DNA of 64,000 nucleotides from Escherichia coli (GTDB lineage Bacteria; Pseudomonadota; Gammaproteobacteria; Enterobacterales; Enterobacteriaceae): NCBI RefSeq assembly GCF_013315695.1, contig NZ_CP054353.1; one strand, 5' to 3'. Shown piece by piece: positions 58,501 to 64,000 of this stretch (position 1 is its first letter; each line of letters starts with the position of its first letter). The notes under the pieces were generated by a model. It saw only the letters and a program-made list of their open reading frames with translations, ran no database searches and was not told where the DNA came from. The position numbers and the translations under genes were made by a program.

Positions 58501-59955
58501 TTATCGGAACGGCGGCTCATTAAAGGTTCGTAATTTACGTGAATGCAGTCGGTCGCCTTCTGCGCGCAGCAAATCGATCGCCCGAATGCCAATTTGCAGG
58601 TGTTCGGAAATAGCGCCTTCATAAAAACGGTTAGCCTGGCCGGGAAGTTTAATCTCACCATGTAACGGTTTATCTGAAACACACAGTAGTGTCCCGTATG
58701 GCACGCGGAAACGATATCCTTGCGCAGCAATGGTTGCACTTTCCATATCAATTGCTACGGCCCGGCTTAAGTTAAAACGAAGTGCAGAAGCTGAGTAACG
58801 TAACTCCCAGTTCCTGTCATCTGTGGTTACCACCGTGCCAGTACGTAACCGCTGTTTGACTTCTTCACCAGGCCTGCCGCTGACTAACTTGGTAGCGTCA
58901 TAAAGCGCACGTTGCACTTCCGCAATGCTCGGAATAGGAATATCGGGCGGGAGAACTGCATCAAGAACGTGGTCATCGCGTAAATAAGCGTGTGCAAGGA
59001 CATAATCTCCAATGGCCTGGCTTTCACGTAATCCGCCACAGTGACCAATCATCAACCAGACATCCGGGCGTAGCACTGCCAGATGATCGCAGATGGTTTT
59101 AGCATTGGACGGTCCCACGCCAATATTCACCAGAGTAATACCCTGACCATCAGCGGTAATTAAATGCCATGCTGGCATCTGGTGTTTTTTCCATGCAAGG
59201 TCGGAAATGGCTTCTTCTGGCGCTTCGGTTTCGGCAGTGATCCAGTTCCCGCCAGCACAAGAAAGGGCAATGTAGGGACTATCAGGATCGAGGATCTGGC
59301 TGCATCCCCAACGAACGAATTCATCCACATAACGTGTGTAGTTGGTAAACAAGACGAACGGTTGAAAATGTTCTACTGGCGTACCGGTATAATGGCGCAA
59401 CCGTGCGAGGGAAAAATCAACCCGGCGAGCATCAAAATGCGATAACGGGGAGAATTCCGTTGGATGATAAATGCCGTCTGCAGTTTCATCGCCGATTTGC
59501 GCCAGTTCTGTTGTCGGGAAGTAGCGAGTTAAACCAGCGCTCATTGAGCGATCAAGTGTTAATTCAGAGCCATCGATGACATAAGGATAAGGGATTTCAT
59601 GCTGCGAGGGTTGCACAGAGATATGCGCACCATAATCCTGATACAGCAACGTAAGTTGTTCATTGAGATACGAACGAAAGAGAGTAGGGCGAGTAATCGT
59701 GGTGGTGTAACTGCCTGCGTGAGTAAAACGACCAAATGCGCGCGTTTTGGGGGGATTAGTTGTGCTACCGTCCCAGGTTACGGTCAGTGATGGATAGACA
59801 AAAAGACCTTGTTTGCGGGCGTTTTCATCAGGTAATTCGCCACTTGTAATATATTTGCCAATGGCGTTGCGTAAAGCAACTACAGATTGCTCATACAGCG
59901 CGTCGAGTTTATCCAGTGCCTGAGCTGGGGTCAGACCGGAGCCCTTATTATTCAT
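58501..59955 (-). CDS. amn: AMP nucleosidase
   Basis: 484 aa from MNNKGSGLTPAQALDKL. The ORF-track start at 60111 overlaps shiA and is rejected. Confidence 0.94.
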   Translation of the reverse strand: MNNKGSGLTPAQALDKLDALYEQSVVALRNAIGKYITSGELPDENARKQGLFVYPSLTVTWDGSTTNPPKTRAFGRFTHAGSYTTTITRPTLFRSYLNEQLTLLYQDYGAHISVQPSQHEIPYPYVIDGSELTLDRSMSAGLTRYFPTTELAQIGDETADGIYHPTEFSPLSHFDARRVDFSLARLRHYTGTPVEHFQPFVLFTNYTRYVDEFVRWGCSQILDPDSPYIALSCAGGNWITAETEAPEEAISDLAWKKHQMPAWHLITADGQGITLVNIGVGPSNAKTICDHLAVLRPDVWLMIGHCGGLRESQAIGDYVLAHAYLRDDHVLDAVLPPDIPIPSIAEVQRALYDATKLVSGRPGEEVKQRLRTGTVVTTDDRNWELRYSASALRFNLSRAVAIDMESATIAAQGYRFRVPYGTLLCVSDKPLHGEIKLPGQANRFYEGAISEHLQIGIRAIDLLRAEGDRLHSRKLRTFNEPPFR

Positions 59956-60056
59956 GTGTGTCTCCTGTTCCATACAATTACCGCACATCCGATAGTATGT
60001 CACAGGAATGTGAAACAAAAGTGTAAGGCGAAGATCGGATGATCTTCGCCAGGCTA

Positions 60057-61373
60057 TCAAGCGCGTTGATTGTCTTTCATCAACAAAGCGGTCATTGCGG
60101 AAATCAGGCATCCAGCCAGCAAATAAATAGCGACGCTATGCCAGTTCCCGGCAAAGTAAGTGATGAGTGCAGCGGCAATAAAAGGTGTAAATCCACCGCC
60201 AACCACACTGGCAACCTGATAACCGACGCCAGCACCACTGTAGCGATAACTGGCACCAAACATTTCGGTAAACATCGGTTGTTGCACACACACCACCATG
60301 TCATGCGCAATGTTTGCCAGCATTATGGAGAAGAAAACTATCCAGAAAATAGATTGTGCTTCAAGCGCCATAAAGAAAGGAAATGCGCTCAACGTTCCGA
60401 TCAACGCGCCTGTGATATAAACCCTGCGCCGACCAAAACGATCGGCAAGCCAGGCAAAACAGGGAATTGTCAGGCAGCTTAATCCACCTACCAGCAAACC
60501 AATATTAAGGAAAAGTTCGCGCGGTAACCCCATATTCTGGGTTGAATAATTAAGTGCAAAGGCAGTAACAATGTACATCGTCAGCAACTCGCACAGTCGT
60601 AGTGCAATAATCTTCAGGAAAGCACCGGGATGTCGTAACAGAGCTTCGATAACCGGGATGCGTTTTTTCGCGGCCGCTTGATTATGTTGCTGTTGTTCAA
60701 ATTCCGCGGACTCCTCCATGCCATTGCGCACCCACAATGCTCCCAGTACCAGTACGATGCTAAACAGGAAAGGAATGCGCCAGCCCCAGCTTAAAAACTG
60801 TTCGTCAGTCGTCATCATACTGATCAATGAAACCAGTCCGGTTGAAAGCAGTAAACCTACTCCGTAGCCAACTTGTACACCGCTACTGTAAAAGGCTTTT
60901 TTATTTTTCGGCGCACTTTCAACGGAAAGCAACGCTGCGCCTCCCCATTCGCCGCCGACGGCAAATCCCTGAATGGCACGCAGTGTCACCAGCAAAATAG
61001 GTGCCCACCACCCAATGGTCGAGAATGAAGGAAGAATACCAATCAAGGCTGTCGCGATGCCCATCATCCAGACGGTCAGCATTAACATGCGCTTACGTCC
61101 CAGCCGGTCACCAAAGTGACCGAAAATGACACCGCCGAGCGGTCGGAAAAGGAAGCCGACACCAAAGGTGGCAAATGCGGCGAGCGTTCCCATCGCCGGG
61201 CTTACTTGCGGGAAAAACTCGCGATTAAACACCAGTGCGGCGGTAATGCCATAGAGTAAAAAATCATACCAGTCGACGACGGCACCAGCGAAACTGCCTA
61301 ACGCAGCTTGTCGGGCGCGACTTAACGAAAGCGTCCCTTCATCGGGACGAGTGGAGATGAGCGTGGAGTCCAT
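60057..61373 (-). CDS. shiA: Shikimate:H+ symporter (MFS)
   Basis: 438 aa, 12-TM MFS with GRKRMLMLTVW loop motif. Confidence 0.94.
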   Translation of the reverse strand: MDSTLISTRPDEGTLSLSRARQAALGSFAGAVVDWYDFLLYGITAALVFNREFFPQVSPAMGTLAAFATFGVGFLFRPLGGVIFGHFGDRLGRKRMLMLTVWMMGIATALIGILPSFSTIGWWAPILLVTLRAIQGFAVGGEWGGAALLSVESAPKNKKAFYSSGVQVGYGVGLLLSTGLVSLISMMTTDEQFLSWGWRIPFLFSIVLVLGALWVRNGMEESAEFEQQQHNQAAAKKRIPVIEALLRHPGAFLKIIALRLCELLTMYIVTAFALNYSTQNMGLPRELFLNIGLLVGGLSCLTIPCFAWLADRFGRRRVYITGALIGTLSAFPFFMALEAQSIFWIVFFSIMLANIAHDMVVCVQQPMFTEMFGASYRYSGAGVGYQVASVVGGGFTPFIAAALITYFAGNWHSVAIYLLAGCLISAMTALLMKDNQRA

Positions 61374-61687
61374 AATGATCCTGTTTGTACTGTCTTTTTA
61401 TAATTAGTATGGAAAAGGTAACTCACATTGCCGTCGATCTATAAACGAACCTTATGAGACTACCTCGACAGAGCGCATCTGCAAATGATTTTATGGCTGA
61501 TTAGCGGCAACATGAAAAATTCGATGGAAGATGAAAGCGCAGGAGTTGCTGGTGTTGTTTAAGGATTAAGCAGAGGGCCCACAGGTTCGAGATATGAAAC
61601 ATAAAAGTCCGCATATGCACAAAATTGCAACCTGATGATTCTGATAGACTGCATTGCATTATAACCAGTAGGGAGGCGAGGTTAGTT

Positions 61688-62740
61688 ATGTTTTTAGTAT
61701 CATTGTTGAGACGTATTGCATTTAGTTACTACGATTATAAAACTTATAATTTTAATATTGAAAAAACAGACTTTGTTGTCATACATATTCCCGATCAGAT
61801 TGGCGATGCTATGGCCATCTTTCCTGTTATTCGGGCGCTTGAATTGCATAAAATTAAGCATCTATTAATTGTTACGTCGACAATTAATTTAGAAGTCTTT
61901 AATGCGCTCAAACTTGAACAGACTAAATTAACATTAGTCACAATGACTATGCAGGATCACGCAACATTAAAAGAAATAAAAGATTTAGCGAAGAACATAA
62001 CACTGCAATATGGTACGCCGGATCTTTGTATAGAGGCGATGCGTAAAAAGAACCTGAAAACGATGATATTTATCAGTCAGTTGAAAGCAAAAACGAATTT
62101 CCAGGTCGTCGGTTTAACCATGAAGTGCTATTCCCCTTTGTGTAAGAACGCGTCCCGGATGGATCAGAATCTCCGGGCTCCTGTACCCATGACATGGGCA
62201 TTTATGATGCGTGAGGCGGGTTTTCCGGCAGTCAGGTCAATATATGAATTGCCATTAAGCGATGATGTACTCGATGAGGTACGCGAGGAAATGCGATCGT
62301 TAGGATCTTACATTGCGCTCAATTTAGAAGGTAGCTCGCAGGAACGTACATTTTCATTATCGATTGCAGAAAATCTAATAGCAAAAATTCAAAGTGAAAC
62401 AGATATTCCAATAGTGATCGTTTATGGACCCAAAGGGGAAGATAAAGCCAGGGCATTAGTGGATTGTTATAATAATGTCTACCGTTTATCCTTATCACCC
62501 TCGATTAAACGTTCAGCAGCAATCATAAAAGATGCTTATATTGCAATAACTCCTGACACCTCAATATTACATATGGCAAGTGCCTATAATACCCCTGTTG
62601 TTGCAATTTATGCTGATTACAAAACGCGATGGCCCGCAATGGCCGATGTTTCGGAGTCAGTCGTCGTTGGGCAAAAAATTGACAATATAAGTCTGGATGA
62701 ATTCGCAAAGGCATTAAAAAGTGTTTTGGCGAGAATTTGA
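61688..62740 (+). CDS. yeeL: Family 9 glycosyltransferase (heptosyltransferase-like), apparently intact
   Basis: 350 aa from ATG 61688 after GGGAGG. GT9-like features (IGDAMAIFPVIRAL, ITPDTSILHMASAYNTPVVAIY). AT-rich. Confidence 0.75.
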   Translation: MFLVSLLRRIAFSYYDYKTYNFNIEKTDFVVIHIPDQIGDAMAIFPVIRALELHKIKHLLIVTSTINLEVFNALKLEQTKLTLVTMTMQDHATLKEIKDLAKNITLQYGTPDLCIEAMRKKNLKTMIFISQLKAKTNFQVVGLTMKCYSPLCKNASRMDQNLRAPVPMTWAFMMREAGFPAVRSIYELPLSDDVLDEVREEMRSLGSYIALNLEGSSQERTFSLSIAENLIAKIQSETDIPIVIVYGPKGEDKARALVDCYNNVYRLSLSPSIKRSAAIIKDAYIAITPDTSILHMASAYNTPVVAIYADYKTRWPAMADVSESVVVGQKIDNISLDEFAKALKSVLARI

Positions 62741-62867
62741 GGCAGTACTTATGCATAGTAATGCCGATCTGTTATGAACGGTGGTGTCATCAATACTCTG
62801 AGGCTGGTCAATCATCACAGAAAACCAGCCTTTGGATCAAAGCAATACTCACCGAAAATGATCATAG

Positions 62868-64000
62868 TCACACCGAACGCGATTCAGGAGGAACTGTTTG
62901 GTAAATAGCACCACCGGATCTTGGGGGCGCTGTGATTATTACAGTATTGCTATCACCGTCATTTTTGAATGTCACTTTACCAGTAGCATCAACGCCTACC
63001 CAGGAGGCCGAGCTTGAAAACGAATAATCAGCCGCCGTTTTTCCTGGTGCAAAGTTGTCATTATTCAACTGATAATACGCCCCGGTAAATCCCTGCGAAG
63101 GGAATGAAGCTGTCGGTAGGTTTGCACTATTCACTGACACTGTACCCGTCATTGGTCTGGTTTCCGCGCTAATGAATTCTATCGTGGTACTCAGACCCGC
63201 CTGATGAACACCATTCAATACGGGGATCAGCGTTGCGATACCCTCTCCGCCTCCTGTAACAGTAGCTTTGTAATCACCGTTGATATTTTGACTGTAATCA
63301 ATTGCGCTAATTTTCATATAGGGCACGTTTGTACCTGATTGCACAAATTCTATCCCTTAAGAAACTTTGATCGGATTGCCTGATATATCGTGCAGAACAA
63401 GATGTAGCTCAGCACTATCGGTAAAGTCCCCTTTCAGTGATGACTGGTTGTTCTTAAGGATGGACTGCGAGGCGTCTGCTGGGCCTGCCACTAGCGATAT
63501 ATCTACTGTTTGCATTCCACCTGCGCTTGTGACTGTGCTTACAGTGACGCTCCCCGTTATCGCTCCTTTCACGCTTGTTGTCGCGATTCCGTTTTGATCG
63601 GTCACCGCTGTTAATGACGTTAATGTGGTGGAGCCGCTTTTTAAGGCGAAGTACACAGTGAGACCTTCGATCAGGTTACCACAGCCATCCTCAACCGTTG
63701 CCTTTAAGGTACTTAAATCACTGTTGGTGGCGGTGATAGTCGACGGATCAGCGATAAAGCTAGCAACATGTGCGGTGCTTGGGTTGCCAGTAACCTTCAC
63801 GGTTGTCTGTGTCTGTATTGTGACGCCGTTATGGAACGATGCAGTCACCGTATATGTACCGACTTTATTGCTGGTCAGAACGACTGGAGCCTGACCTGAA
63901 GAGTTGGTTCTCACTTTTCCGCCACTTAACGTCGCACCTTCTAGCGTTACGCTAAAGTTGATGACCTGACCCTCCACTGGAGTGCCATTTGCAGAGGTTA
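62868..64000 (-). pseudogene. yeeJ: Inverse-autotransporter adhesin YeeJ, 3' portion with in-frame TAA (5' end outside window)
   Basis: Bacterial Ig-like repeat sequence is open to the window edge. One reading frame is interrupted by TAA at 63357..63359 (..NPIKVS*GIEFVQSGTNVPYMKISAIDY..), with 162 codons downstream. Confidence 0.65.

Noticed and set aside
58367-58624. 85-aa plus-strand ORF
   Set aside because: It runs into the antisense of the amn 3' end, has no RBS, and looks like intergenic AT-rich noise.

Overview
Escherichia coli-type chromosome, gene order as I recall for K-12 but in inverted orientation. In order: the 3' half of the colanic-acid cluster (cpsG', wcaJ, wzxC, wcaK, wcaL, wcaM), galF and a JUMPstart/ops element. 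Next is an O-antigen cluster (rmlBDAC plus an AT-rich serotype-specific block of wzx, a UDP-GlcNAc 2-epimerase, three glycosyltransferases and wzy). Then gnd, ugd, wzzB, the complete his operon on the minus strand with the hisL attenuator, yefM-yoeB, yeeZ, yeeY, plaP, yeeE-yeeD, sbcB, dacD, sbmC, yeeA and yeeX. A decayed CP4-44-like island follows (EutP/PduV-like fragment, IS66 and IS110 scraps, yeeW, cbtA, cbeA, yeeT, yeeS, antirestriction gene), cut off by an intact IS3-family element and a 1.5-kb ORF-poor AT-rich stretch. The window ends with cobUST, ldtA, asnV, nac, cbl, asnU, yeeO, asnW, yeeN, amn, shiA, yeeL and the 3' part of yeeJ. Most of it is ordinary core genome. The strongest finding is a 1,885-bp ISL3-family element (39107..40991) with imperfect terminal inverted repeats and an exact 8-bp target duplication. 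It carries a ClbS/DfsB-like (colibactin self-protection family) passenger gene and sits inside the LexA box of sbmC (gyrI). Removing the element and one duplication copy restores TACTGTATATAAAAACAGTA. Secondary findings: an amber codon in the cbeA antitoxin beside an intact cbtA toxin; an IS3-family element abutting the antirestriction gene with no clean target duplication; a perfect 17-bp-stem hairpin and decayed reading frames upstream of cobU; an in-frame stop in yeeJ; an apparently intact yeeL glycosyltransferase; and three identical tRNA-Asn genes with no island attached. All identifications rest on reading the sequence and on remembered family and K-12 sequences; no searches were run.
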